Positions 24,201 through 39,200 of a DNA stretch of 64,000 nt are shown piece by piece. Position 1 is the first letter of the stretch. Each line of letters starts with the position of its first letter. This stretch comes from Hydrolagus colliei (taxonomy: Eukaryota). Made by a program: the position numbers and the translations under genes. The stretch spans positions 8,432,001 through 8,496,000 of the forward strand of contig CM068753.1 of NCBI GenBank assembly GCA_035084275.1, in the 5' to 3' direction. The notes under the pieces are model-generated. The model searched no databases, was not told where the DNA came from, and saw only the letters and a program-made list of their open reading frames with translations.

Positions 24201-27200
24201 TTCTATTGAATTTTGAAACACTTAGACTTGCCATTGACTAATGTCTTTGTGCTAAAGTGAGGGCTATATTGATTTCAGTAATTAGAAAAGGAAAAGAAAA
24301 GGACAGGTCTCACTATGCTTGCTTTAACAACAAATCCATTCAAAATGCATTACGAAACTTTCCAGTCAATAAAATTGATTTGTTTAATCTTCATCTTAAA
24401 TACTTTCTTACCTTTTTGGAATCATTTTTCATTGTTAGATGGAAGAAAACCTAGGGAAGTAAACTTCAGAAACTAAGCAGCAGTTGCAGCTGGAAATTCA
24501 ATGTCACGAGTCACTTTCCCTCCTTAACCTGAAGCATGACAGGTGAAAGGAACCTGATCTTTTTAACAAAAATTGAACAAGCAGCAAAGAGAGTACAAGA
24601 AGGTCTTGTTCATCATCAAACGTAGTAAAATAAGAACAGAGAGGAGGCCATTCCGCCCATCAGAGCTGTTCTGCCATTTTATTAACAGGGCAAATCTTCT
24701 ACTTTTTCTCCATATCTTAATACTATTGCTATCCTTCAAATCTATTTTTCTAGCTGACATTGGTACACAATAAAACTCATAACTCTTACATTTATACATA
24801 GTGTGTATATAAATAGTTTACATTTATTCCCTATGTACAGGGTTCCAGACTTTGTCAGAGAAAAACGCTTTGGAAACTGGTTGAAGGATGCTCGTGATTG
24901 GGCCATTTCGCGTAACAGATACTGGGGTACCCCCATCCCACTGTGGGTCAGTGACGACTTTGAGGAGGTGAGTGGTTAAGCCACGTACACAATGTAATTC
25001 AGTATAATTCAATGTAATTCTCACACTGGTTCTTTACAAAGATCCAAGGTATATTGTAGGGTCCGTCGATATGGAAATTTTCAGATATCGATATATCGGT
25101 GGGCTCATATCGATATATACTGATATATCGATATTTCCGTTTATTGTACTGCGCATGCGCGCACATTCGGAGGTGCGCGTGCATTCGGAGCACTGAACTA
25201 TAAGACCTTTTATATTCTTAAGTCTATTATATTAGACTTTTTTTTTAGAAAAACACGATCTTAATTGCAAGCCTACAATTAAAGCAATCAGGTTAGAATT
25301 GCATCTATATCTTATTAATAGATGTACTTGAGCCCGTATCTTATTTTTTCAAATATTAAAACGTTCAAAATAAGACTTGCTTTAAAAGGACGACACAGTT
25401 ATTTAGGTATTTTAATCAACTAGCTTGATTTCAGTATACAAACAAAATATTTTAGAAATTAGTTTAAATGTTGAACACTTTATTACAAACCCATATTATA
25501 TGCCACTGGCAAGAGTGTGCTTTTATTATTTTTTAAAAAAAGGTGTTTTATTATGCATTTGCTCTTGCAAAGGACAACTAATATTCCTTACATTTAAGAA
25601 TAATTCACACGTTCGCTCAACTCTCTCACTCACTCATTGCCTAAAATAGATAAATGCTTAACACGTATAATATTGCAATCTAGCTCCTCTAAATTCTCAG
25701 ATTCCCAATGTATAGGACGCAGTGGATGGAATAGCATTGGCGGTGAAGCCCAAATGTAAATGATTGCAACTTGCCATTTTTTCTCTCCCCTCTTCTCTCT
25801 TCCCTCCCCACCCCTCACACCTCCCTCCAATACCCACTCCCCCCACTCCCCTCCCTCTGACTCCCCAATCCTATCACCCACTGTTAAGAGAAAAGACAAA
25901 GAGACAAGCTTTTAGTTTTTTAGTTCAGTGATTCGAAGGTGCGCAGCATTCGGGGTGTCCGCGCATTCTGGTGTGTGCGCGCATTCGGATGTGCGCGTGC
26001 ATTCCGTGCTCTAAGCCCAGGAGGTTTGCAATGCCGGTGACAAGGTAAGCTGGAAAAGTTTGCATTATACCGATTATATCGTCACACACGATATACCGAT
26101 ATTTTCAATATATCGATTAAAAAAAAATATCGATTTTTTTGATAAACCGATATTTTTGAATTTCCGATATCGGCATATCGATATGAAAAATTATATCGAT
26201 ATAATCGATATATCGCCAGACACTAGTATATTGTACAGAAATTGTTCATAATTCTGTTTTTTCTCAAACTGCGTCAATCAATGATTGAATCTCAATATGC
26301 AGGACCACTAGAGAAAGCGAGTGATGGGGTTTGATGTGTTTCCCTGGCATCCATTCCCTTTAATGTAACATCAAATCGAGTTTCTTAAAACTTGTGGAAT
26401 ATAATTAATAATTGAAGTAAATTTTATAGGCAAACAGAATCCCCTTTAATTTGAGTGAGTTAGGTTGGTGCAAAAGAAGCTCAGCTGGCACGGGTCTGCT
26501 GCACTGCTCGACCCCTCTGTTTCACAATTGGTGATTGTGCTTTTAGCCACTATGCCCTGAATCTCTGGAACTCATTGTCTCAGTGCCGCTGTCTTGCCCT
26601 GTCTTTTGCTGTTTTCAAATAACTACCCAAAGACTCCTCTTCAACTGTGCCCCTCTTCTCCTGGCTCCACATTGAGCCACTCCAAAAAATTACCCACATG
26701 AAGGATGCTATATATTGGTTTGTATTGTAAATTAATACCGACTTGTCAATGGTGTACCTCCAATGCATGTGCATTGCATCATAAACACTTTGGACCGTCG
26801 GTAAGATGTGAAAAACACTATATCAAATGCAAGGATTAATTGCCTTCCTCCTGTGCTTTGGTAGTTTCTATGTGTTTTGTGATTGTGCATAGAAACGCCG
26901 AAACTGAAAGTATGTCTTTGTTGCCAGGTGGTGTGCGTGGGATCAGTGGCAGAGCTGGAAGACCTCAGTGGAATCAAGATTGAGGACCTTCACCGGGAAA
27001 GGTGATTCAATTCACTGTATGTTACCATCATGGAATCTGCTCTTTTCTCCCCTCCAACCAATCATTCCTACTACTATTTGTACCCTGAAATCCTGTTCAG
27101 CACAGTCTGGATAACAGTGTCACATTACATAATTGGATGTTAGGAATGTGTTCTCTGACTGGATTAAGTCTCATGCACAGAAATAGAGACATCCTATGAC

Positions 27201-30200
27201 ATGCTAATAGGGGTTACTGGCAGGATCCAGGGACGGAGAAAAGATTAGAGAGAAAAAATCCTCATAAACGGTTCCTACTGGATTTACAATACTGAACAAA
27301 TGTATTTTTATTGTTCCTTTCTCATTGGGAGGATGTCTCGAGGCATATTTAGAAACAACTGCGTGTAAAATCGCAGCAGCTGTGTGACTGTAGTTGTAGT
27401 TGTATAAAGATCTGAATGGTAAAAGCTTAAGATATAAAGCTTTATACCAGCTTTGAGAATAATTCATCTCACTATTTCATAGAATGCATATAAAACGTTA
27501 CAGTAGACGAAGAGGCCATTTGGCCACACAACCTTAAACTCTATTGAAGCTCAGTATCTAATCCCAATTTCCAGTTCTTCCATGTATCCTTAATCCTCTA
27601 AGTATTTACTTCCCTATTAAATGTTACAGGACTGGTAACCAGAAGATGCGGGGGGTTGGGTGGGTGGAGACAACAAATATGTGTCTTTCTGTTGCCCAAT
27701 CAGGCTTGTCTATGTTCCTCGTCTGACACATGCTATCCAGGCTTATAAATGAACAACCAGCCCTGGTCTGAAGGGCTGCCAGTGTGCAGTGTGTAACTAG
27801 CCCAGCATGAATTGCCACTTCAACGAGAAGAAATGCTTGATGGATATAAATGTGGCACTTTAGCAATACACAGCGCTCTTCTTGCCATGGCTGGTACTTT
27901 GCTCTTTCATCTTTTTGTGTAGATCTTATATTGATGCATTCTTTATTTTCTTTAGTGTTGATCATATCACCATCCCGTCTCGCTGTGGAAAGGGAGTTCT
28001 TTGCCGTATATCCGAGGTGTTTGACTGCTGGTTTGAAAGTGGAAGCATGCCATATGCTCAGGTTCATTATCCCTTTGAAAACCGGAGAGAGTTCGAGGAG
28101 AGCTTCCCAGCGGACTTCATTGCTGAAGGAATTGACCAAACCAGAGGCTGGTAAAGTTCTCACATTCCCTTACTGCCTCATTGTGTATTATAATAATAAT
28201 ATAATTAATATTATATTACTAATATATTAATATAATATTAATATATGAATAATGTAATATTATATTAGCAGGTTCTGAGCTTGAAAACGGCAGGGAAAAC
28301 ATTAAGATTGGGGCTGGTAACTTTTTTAAAAAGCACAAATGTCTTTTTAAACACAAACGTCTTCATCAAGAAGAGGGATGTTTTGCAGGGAAATTACCTT
28401 TTTTATTTCTAATTGAGTGTCAGTATAAAAGCGCTCCCATTGTTATTGGCCAGCAGTAATTCAAAATTGAATGAAGTTTAGCTTGGGCTTTTAACTATAT
28501 GATACAATAATAATCCTTGCATTTGATATGGTGCCTAATCCTGTTGAGACACGTCAAAGTGCTTCACAGGATTTACAGGATGGTTTTTTTTCCAGGTTCT
28601 ACACTTTGCTGGTATTATCGACAGCTTTGTTTGGGAAACCACCCTTCAAGAACGTCATAGTGAATGGCCTTGTATTGGCCAGGTAAGCTGCTGTGTGCTG
28701 CTCTACCTCATTTAACATTAATGCTGTGTTTGTTGCAGCTAGAGTTTTCATATTGTGCGTGTTTTTAACTTTAAACCAGGGTTGAATTAGAAATAGACTA
28801 TGGTAAGCTTAAGTGTAATGCAATCAGGTGTGCTGAAGTTTATTGTAAACACCCATGATCTTATTAGAGCTGCTCTGAAAAATGTCTCGCTGTTTTCTTA
28901 CAGAGATGAATCTTGAAATTATAGATATTATTTGAATTGTACAGTATACTTGTGATAACTCAACCCTGGATTAACTTGTCACCAACCACTTAAGTCATCG
29001 TGCTGCCAATATCCAGACCGCATTTATTTATGTGTTATACATACATCTAACTCGCCACTGACAACCCATCTTTGAGCTTTTGGAGTATCGAGTTATCAGG
29101 GTTAGGGTTAATTGAATTAAATTGTTCTGTAATTTAAGTGATTTACCTGAAACATTGTGACCTAACTGTTCAGCGCCTTCGGACGTCCTCCCGACATGGA
29201 AGGCGCTCTATAAATGTAATTTTGTTGTTGTTGTATTCAGTAAATTGCTTAACTGTTCTTTGCATTCAGTGACGGTCAGAAAATGAGCAAACGCAAGAAG
29301 AACTACCCAGATCCGATGGAAGTTGTGAACAGCTACGGCGCTGATGCACTGAGGTGAGGTTTTCCTGTCTGTACAGGATGAGTTTTTGTGTAGAAGGTTG
29401 CTTTGCTAACTTTTTTTAAAAAAATTGAATGATCGAGCTCCATAGGCAAGCAAAAGGTGTACATTAATTAGAGTGGTCCAGGGTGTCTGCAACTGTACAG
29501 ACAGACAATGATAATGATATTATTGAGCAAGAATGCATCATGTAAGCAGATCAGATGTGGTAAACACAGCATTGAGATAGCAGCAGGTTATCTGCCCAGA
29601 TAATCTGCCGCCGAGTAACTGCTCCTGTTCCCAGGACCTGTGTGTATATACACTGCTGCAGTTCAGAAGGTTGAGGTGGCGGATGGTGGTACAGTGTGAG
29701 TCTGAATCATCTTGACTCAGACATCTGGCCAAAGCAGTCGTTCTTTTAAAACTCGTTCCTAAAAAACATCTGTAAATGTCCTGCTCTTTGTGCAGCATTA
29801 TATTTGTGATTATGTTCATGTGCTGCAAACACATGACAAATGATCTTAAAAATAGAGATGGAAGTCTGCAGTCTCTTATTTAAAAGCCTGTAACTTTCAG
29901 GAAATCCTGCCAATATTGTGGGAAATGCACTTCCCAAGGATGAATCCTGTCACACTGCATTAAAGTTTGATGTTACCCAAGAGGACAACCTGCTGAACCT
30001 GATTAAGTTGCCAATGCCTGATGGAAATCCTGATATAACATGGCATTGTGAGCCTCATAATAAAATATGATTCTGAAGATGTCACTGAGTGCTAATTTTA
30101 TAAAATGGTGCTTCTATTCAGCACTCTTTTCCAAGAGCCCTGTTCAAATGAGTCATAACTTGATAGAATGTATTTAACTTTACATTGCCTTCAAATTTAT

Positions 30201-33200
30201 TAGATATTTTATCATCTGAACCTCAGCACAGGAGATATACTGATGGGGAAAAAGTCCCTTCTGACCATTTAAAGGCACCTGAAAAGGAAAAAATCAAAGG
30301 TTATGGAGTGGGGGAAAGGCAGTGGAGTGGGACTAAATGATTTGTTCTTATGGAGATGATCACACGTGTGATGGACCAAATGGCCCTTTCTGTGCTGAAA
30401 CATGATTTTAAACTTGTCATTGATTTATTTTTCTTTCTAAGTGTATCTCTGGCACCAGTATTAAAGTAGCAATACAAAACCGTTTTTGTGTGCAATCATC
30501 TATTTCACCTTTTATTCAGTTACATTTGACGTATACATTATTTCACTTAAAGCGAAGAGCAGTCCCACAGTTACTGGATGTATTTAACTTTGGGCAAATC
30601 AAAACTATTTCAAAACAAATGAAGATTAGATTTTAATTTAATATGATTAGCTTTCCAAAGTGAATAGGTCACTTAGTTTATCCATACAGATTTCCCACAT
30701 AATTCTTGTTTACTGGCTTTTTTTCCAGGATGTATCTTATTAATTCCCCTGTTGTGAGAGCAGAAAATTTACGGTTTAAAGAGGATGGAGTGAGAGACAT
30801 TCTAAAGGATGTGTTCCTGCCTTGGTATAATGCCTACAGATTCCTGGTTCAGAATGTGCAGCGATTGTATAAGGTAAGGAGTGTCGTGCGTGTAGAGCTT
30901 GTAAAATGCTTGTGGCCTGAGTGTGGATGTGCTAATGTGTTTGGATTGGCATATTGGTGGAGATCTGGAGATAAAATAGATTTGACTTTTCATTTGGAAT
31001 ATGAACATGTAAAGGTATCTCCGTGTCATTGGCAAATGCTTCTTTCCAGGAAGAGGGTGTCCAGTTTCTTTACAATGAAAACACAGTTGAAAACAGTGAC
31101 AACTTCATGGATAAATGGATACTTTCATTCACACAATCTCTGATCCAGTTTTTCAAAGCAGAAATGGGTGGTATGTATAAATCATTTTTAATGATTAAAA
31201 GGCCAATCATTGGTTCATAACATGGCTTATGATCTCCAGGATATGTAATCCACCCTCCTGATCTGTATTGGAGCCTCTCACTGCTGCTCTGTCCTTCAGT
31301 GGATGCTCGTGGGCCAGGCAGTATGTTGTCAATCTGCCTTGTCCATCGAGGACTCAAACTCACTCCTGCATTGGAGAGTAGAATAACAACTACTTATACT
31401 TATGTAGAGCTTAATAGTGGTGAGTCTGATACCGAGCTGGTGGGTGGGGGGGGGGAGGGCAGGGTGACTATCAATGAAGTCTAGAATTCACAGCACCTGG
31501 TCTCGGCTTAGCTATGTGTTTGAGTGACAAGCATCCACAGCATCTTGGCTGAGAATGGAGTGTGGGATCTTTGTAAATAAAATGAAATAAACTTTTTTGC
31601 TTACTATTTAAAGCCAGTTGTTGTCAATTATTGTCAGATGATCCTAAACCTCTTGTACTGTAAACTTCAGATGAAACCCATGCAGCAACATTTCTAAAAT
31701 CATAACAGCAGCATTTTATTGTTTTTTTTATAAAGCTTACAAACTTTACACTGTGGTGCCCAGACTCATCAAGTTTGTTGATATGCTAACCAACTGGTAT
31801 GTGAGAATGAACCGCAGAAGATTAAAGGTAGGTCTGAAGTAATCCTGTGAGTTTTTGCAGTTTTTATCCTGTATAATAAATAATTATATTATTATATAAT
31901 AATAATCCTTGGATTTGATATAGCCCTTGAGTGTTTATTTGGGGCTAGAATAAACTTTTATGGTGTCTTTATAGGTTTCTAATGAACAAATTTATTTGTG
32001 TGCTGGATAGTAGATAACTACTATGCCATGGCGTTTTCATGCTTTGTCACCAGAGGAACAAAATACAAATCTGTGATTTACTTGTGCAGTGAATTCGTAC
32101 ATGAAATTTCTGTGGATTTTTTTTTAAGTGCTACTGCCTGTGAATAGTTGAGAATGTTCTTTGCAGATATCTGTATTTGAGATGACCAGGCATTGTCAAC
32201 TCGAGACTTGGCAAACTGTTGCTTTTTCCTTTAATTAAGAATTTCACATTGACTTGTCTCTCTTTGCTCTGTTTTAGGGTGAAAATGGCACAGAAGACTG
32301 CCAGCGAGCTATGGAGACCTTATTCGGTGTGTTGTTCAGTATGTGCCGGCTTATGGTAAGCAGTTTAAGTCTGTTTTAAAGTCAAGTGACTAGCAAATTA
32401 GATCTCTTTCAGATTGCTTCAACATTTCATTATCATGACTTTGAGGTACTGTAGAGTTACTTTGAGATTATGTAGGTAGATGTGAAGGGATAATATTTAT
32501 ATAAAGCAGACTACTGCTGCATTTGTTTCCTTATTTCCTGTTGGGACGTCCTCCCAACGTGAAAGGCGCTCCAAATGTTGTTGTTAATTTGCAAAGTTGA
32601 TTGAGATCTCTCTTCAAGCTGAAGGGTAACTTGCCATCTCAATAGGTCCCAACCCCCTGACAAGCAACTTGTTTAGCTTTAGCTGCAATCTGCATTTTTC
32701 GTCCTGCGTGTTTATGGCTTTGGTCATTGCCATTCTGTTTCTTAAGCAAAGAACTGTATGTAGTTAGGGATCCTGTCTGCTCTAATCCTAATTCCCTGCT
32801 CTGTACCTGTGCCCAATTCTGTTCTCTTCAAATGTTTACCAATTCTGTTTAAAATTTTATGGTATTAACTGCAATAGCCACAATTTGTGCAATTTTGCTG
32901 GTTGAAGTAGGAAATCATATAGGTTTAAAATATACTCCTCAACAATTTATGATCTGTCCATAATGTGAACTTAAAAATAAACATTATATGCAAGATATAA
33001 ATGTATTCCATTAATAGGACTCAAGGGTGACAAATTGGGATGGTACATTCTCAGTAATTAGTCACTTGAATTTCTTGACTCCAGTTGTTGCAGATCATCT
33101 TGCTTGACCCAAATTGCAAAGCTGAGAATTCTCAGTTCATTGCTGACTGAGAAAGGTATTAACATGGGAGGGCAGTTATTAATTTGCATGCAATGAACTA

Positions 33201-36200
33201 GTTATTTCTGATGTGATCTGAGCACAGTAACTCTGTCTCTCCAATTCATACCTGTCCCACGTCAATCTAGTTTATTCATTTTATTCCAGGTGTGTGCTAC
33301 TCTGGTTTGTGCCTCTGGCTTCTATAATTCTCTTCATTCTAGATTTTTGCATGTACGTCTAGAGCAAGTGGTAGAATTTTTAAGTACTTGGAGACAGCCA
33401 AGTGTTTTGAGTATATATATATATAAATAATAATCTTTGCATTTCATATAGCACTTTTCACGTCTTCTAAATATCTCAAAATCTTCACAGAATATACTGT
33501 AAAGTGAATTGACTGTGTATTTGTGGATGAATGTCTTTCTATACCTCCCGACATGAAATGTAATTTTGTTGTTGTACCGCTCTGTAAACACACGTTATTT
33601 AGCCACGCAAGCCTGAGAATTCATCACCATTCCCTTTGCTTTGTAATTTGTTTGAGGTGTTTGTCAATTATTATTCATTTAATCTTGATTGTTTTGCTTA
33701 ATCTGTATCATTGGCCTTTGTCTTACACCACTCATTGTGTAACGTTTATTATAATGTTTTGAGTTCCACTGTCCTGTCCCCTGTTGTTGATTAAATTTGT
33801 TAAGAATACTCACTCACATCCTTTTGAAAGTTGCTTTCTCTGTTTATAAACTTGAAACTTTGTAGAGTTGAATTGAAGTTTGTAATACTAGTGGCATTAT
33901 CAATCCTTTTTCACAACCTGATATTGTGATACCACAGGCCCCCTTTACTCCATTCATCACCGAACTGATGTACCAGAATTTACGACACCTAATAGACCCA
34001 GCTTCTGTTCAAGAAAAAGATGCCCGAAGTATTCACTACCTCATGCTTCCTCAGGTCAGGTATGGAACCTTTTCAGTGCCTTCACATCATTGGAAAATAA
34101 TATTTTATTTGGGGTTCAGAATAATTCTGAGAGGAGACAGTGCTAATCGTGTGAGAATTACCAAAGTAATCAGTTGTGCTAACAGTAAAAAAAACCACAT
34201 TCTCCCGATTGCCTCCGAATAAGATGCATTCAATGGCTTCATCAGCTGATTGACTGAGTGCAGATGTGGATCTCCAAGTGGGTGCTGTTTTCCTTTACAC
34301 TCACTTGCTCTCCTGTTCTCCAGTGACCTGTAAATAAACCAAATCTCATCTGCACTTGCATTTCATAAATAAAATTAGAATTTCCGGCACACCATGATAC
34401 AAGTTAACCCTGTGTGGCAGGTTACAATGAACTGTGCTTCTCACTGTAATCAATTATGTGTTCATTAATTTGTCCAGTGCAATGAAAATCAGTAGAGCCA
34501 GCAGGAAATGATAGTTTTATGAGCCCCTTTGTAGACAGTGGGAGCATAATGGCCTTGTTAATGTTGTAATAGGTACTGCTGGAGTGGAGAAGATGCTTTT
34601 TTATATTAGGGTTAAAATGAGGGATATGGTGGGAAACATTTTTTGTGCAATACATTTTACTCTTCTGTTCATGAATAATAGAGTAGCAAAGATGTTAGTA
34701 ATAACCTAAAAGTCAAATGAAATGTCCTTGAATTTTTTTAGATTGTTTTAAAAAAGCATACGTGACATTTGCAATATGAAATGAGACTCCTAGAGTTTTC
34801 ATTTAATTAATTTAATTTATTTGCCCCCTTCAGCATTTACAATCCGTTCTACTAATCACATTGTAGGTGGCAGTGCTTCAAAATGACTATGCAGGATTTT
34901 CTGAACATTAACTTAAAGTGGAATTTCAAAGCCCAGTTGGCGTCATCTTTTGGTTAGTGATCAATCTGAGTTTGGGTTGGGTAATGTCGCGCATATACAA
35001 AGGTGAGAAAAAATGACACATTTGGCAGGACTTTTAGTTTAAGACATTTCTATAGTTTAAAAACAACTTCAAACCTATATTATAAAACAAGTGAAATTGA
35101 CCTTGTAATCTTGCAGTATTTTGAATGTGTAGATCGCACATTTCTTCATCTTCCTGCTTTCTTGTTGGCTGTGTTGATGGACAGATCTCCCCAGTTAGTT
35201 ATTGGAAGTAATACTATACAGTATTGAAATACCTTCCTGAGACTCTTAGCTAGAGAAACGCATCAACAACGTTCGTGTCGTGGGATCCTTCTGGATTATA
35301 AATTGGCAATGGTAAGTGTGGTGCTGTAGCACACTGTGTATAAAACTATCCACATCTCTGATTGAGCATGTTATTTTGTTCCAGGGAATCTGTCATTGAC
35401 AAGCGCATTGAAGATGCAGTTGCTCACATGCAGTCAGTTATTGAACTTGGACGGGTGATCCGAGACAGGAAGACACTGCCCATCAAGGTTTGCCTTTGTT
35501 GTTTTTTACTACCTATCATTTCCTTTACCAATCTACCAGTCAAGCCAAGCAATGACAGCAGAACCAATGGGTGATAAGTTTGAATTATCCCTGTTTAACA
35601 ATCTATCTGCGCAAACAATGAGTGTTAGTGTGTAATCATTCAGAGTTTATTTTGTTTATTTAAATGGGTTTTGATTATTTTAAATGTTTTACTGGTACAT
35701 TTACTATGTAAAATTCTAGTTTCGTTAAATCTCTGATTCAAAAGAGCAAAGTTACTTGTTTTCCCTTCAGTATCCATTGAAGGAAGTTGTAGTCATTCAC
35801 CAGGATTCTGAAGCTCTGAAAGACATTCGATCCTTGGAGAAATATATCCTGGAGGTAAGTTGTTGTCTTTTTTGTAAACAATCAGTTACCAAGAACTGTT
35901 GGTTATTTTAACTGAATGTTGTTAGTTTGTCTATGAAATCATTATTTGCAAGGCCAAGAGGGGTCTTGTAAGGAAACAGGAAAAATTTATTATTCCACTT
36001 GACACGTAAAAAGTACCTTCAGAATTTCTTCCACGTTTTCGCTGCACGACTTCTGCTGAAAGATGGACTTTTCCAGCTATTTAAAAGGAAATATTAGACA
36101 ATATTTTACTGGAGGATTCCCATGCCTAATGCAACTTGATGGTGTAATGAGATGTCATCCCGTCTGATGGACAGTAGGTGCTTTAGGGCTTCATTCATTT

Positions 36201-39200
36201 TAGAAGCATGTTACACGCTTTTCTGTGTGTGTGTTACAATTCCTACTGTTTTTACCAGTGTGAAATTTTAAAGTGAAAAATTACCTTTCCAGTAATTAAA
36301 CTTTCCCATCACAAACAAACTGTTCAAGAAAGCTGCACCAGAGTAAGGTTTTGGAGAAAGACGTTTATCAGAATTCAATCTGGATCATGAATTGTGGGCA
36401 CTTAAATAATAAGTTGTTAGCAATTAACTTTAGGCCATATACAGTATATATAATATATATATATTTATATGTTGGAGATGTTTTTAAATACTTACTTTGC
36501 AAAAAAAATCCAAAGTTCAGTACAATAGTACAGATTATTTATCATTTTTCTCCATACTATAAATGCATCTATTTTATGTAAAAAAAAATAATCCCCCAAA
36601 TCAACGAGTAGATTTGCCAATAGCAATTGAGTGGCCAGGTTTTGTGACTGTTCACTGGGTCTGGTGACTGTTCATCGGCCTTTAGCTCGGGTGACTGGGA
36701 TGGCACTACCTCATTTGGCAGAGATCCCTGTGAATCTGTTTGGCATCTCTGCGCAAATACTTCAGGCATAAAATTGGCAGTTTCACTAAGTGAGACGGAA
36801 AAGGTGTCTTTATACGGAGAGTGAAAACGTAAAATAAACCTCCTGTGGGCGCACACTGTCAGCAGTTCTAAGAGGGAATTAAATAGCTGTTTGGTGAAGG
36901 ATTGATTTGAAGGGAATAACAACCCTTATTTAATATAGCGCTTTTCGTGTCTTCTAGACGTCTCAAAGCGCTTCACAGATTATACTGTAAAATGAATTGA
37001 CTATATATTTGTGGGCCAGTAATTTGGACTATTTGTGGGACACTTCTGTGCGGTAGGTAGTCCAAATTATTGTTTGTTTTTTAGGGGATTATTATCAAGT
37101 GTATGGGGTAAGGAAACTTTCCCAAGGTTTGCCCAGACCCGCCGGGAATCGAACCCAGGTGTCTCGCTTGTGAGGCGAGTGCTCTAACCAGTGTAGTGTA
37201 ACGTTGGACACAGCAGTCTATTCGAATCCAGCATATTCCTCTGTTGGAAATGTTATCCTGCTTCTGAGGTGAACTTCTTTTAAAGCAGCTCACATGTCAC
37301 TATCGAATGATTCCTCATTGTAGTTGGGCTGCCTTTTTGGTAGGTTTGTCCTTGCATCTGCAATGCTTTAAATCTTGGCAGTAAATGGTGAGTCTATGAT
37401 GTGTGTTCAGCATAGATATATGTACTGTTGGGGACAGCAGTTTTGTAACACGTTTGCACTTAATCCTACGAATGTGCAAACGTGCAGCTGGGTGGGTATA
37501 TTGTGTTGTTCGGGGAGACTGAATGTTACATGCTGCATGCTTTCCAGGGGAAGCTAACCCCCTTTGTTGATTACATTGAAACATATTAAGACTCTGGGTT
37601 ACCTTTAAATCATACTTCTGATATCTTTTGTGTTCACTGAAATATTTTAAGACAAAGTAATTGTTCTCCAAGCTCATAGTATTGGAGCACGTACTAGCAT
37701 AATGGCCAAATAAAATTGCTTTGTGAAAGACTTCTGAAACCATACGTTTGAGAAAATTAAATTGCTCTAAGGTTATCAATCACATACATGGTTTAATTTG
37801 GAAAATCCTGTGCAAGAGAAATGACTATCTTTGCGGTAATATTCTATCACATTCATTCAGAATAGTATTACGAGTTGAAAATTTCATCTTGGCATAAGAT
37901 CAGACTTATTTTTGTCCAGATTCATTGGAGAAAACAATGTTTACTATTGTACAGCACTTTGCATGCTGAGTTTCTCCTGGTGGCGATGGTTTAGTGTGTG
38001 CTGACTTTGTGTAGGAGATAATAATAAAATGTGATCTCAGTACTATTTTTACCTTTTCTTTATTTTGGAGCAAATGTCTTCATCAAGTAATGCCAGCTCG
38101 ATGGCAGATCTTAATATAAAGTGAATTGTTGAGCAGGGAAGAGCCTGACTAACGCATGGACGCACACTGCTGCAGCATGGCTTCTGCTGCTCCAACCTGT
38201 TATTTAAGAGAGAAAAAAAATCCTCAAGATGCTGTCATAGGCAGAATCTGGTCTTAAATTGCATGCACTGGGTAAAGGTTTGGACTCTCGGATATATTTT
38301 TAAAAATCCTGAAATTTTTAGGAAAGGATTGTGAGTGGTCCCTGACTGGATAGGTTTTCTGGCTCCAACTGAAGACTGATCCAGCATAAAGCATTGGACA
38401 GGAAAGAGTAATTGTCCTATCAAGTCTGTTCTTTCTGGAGACCATGCCTGTCACCTTCACATCACATATTTGAAGATTACTGCAAGGTTGTGCTATTTGG
38501 CAGCCATGGTAGCCATTAATGAAGCTGGAGAAGGGAAGGATCTGGGTGCCATGGTTTATTAACCAAAGGCTTCCAGTCAATGAAGCTGCTGCATACGAAG
38601 CCAAACGAATACCAAGTTTAAGTTGCCTGTATGTTGAGGGCATTTGACTGTGAATCAAAATGTTGTCTTAACCTTGACCTTAATGTCAGCTTGAATTTGA
38701 GTGAGCTGCGCAGACTTGACATTCAATTCTGGTGGGAACTATTTACATTATTCTGGGGTGTACTGGAAAATGAATCCCAGTCCGTGGAGGAATTGTGATC
38801 ACATTAATCATAGCGAGAGGAATTCTATCCTCACCATTATCAATAAGATATATTTTTATTATGTATGTATTTAAAACTTTGGTCATCTTAATTTCCATCT
38901 GATATGTTATTTAATATTTGTCCAAAGTTTGCTCTTTATTGGAAAGTATATAAAGTATGGGTTATGTCTCATAGGAAATAAACACGCTTATGTTGCAGAT
39001 TGACAAGCGAATGACTGCTGATGACTATTTATGACTGAGTGATTGTGTACGAGTGCCTTTCTGTCTCGTTCTCTGCAAACTAATCCTGATGAATATTTAT
39101 CACTGATATCACTTAATGCCTTGAAAATAGTGTGGAGTAAAATGACAGTGCATCTTGACTGTATTCTATTCCTCAGCCTCACAGTACTATCAGTAGCCAA

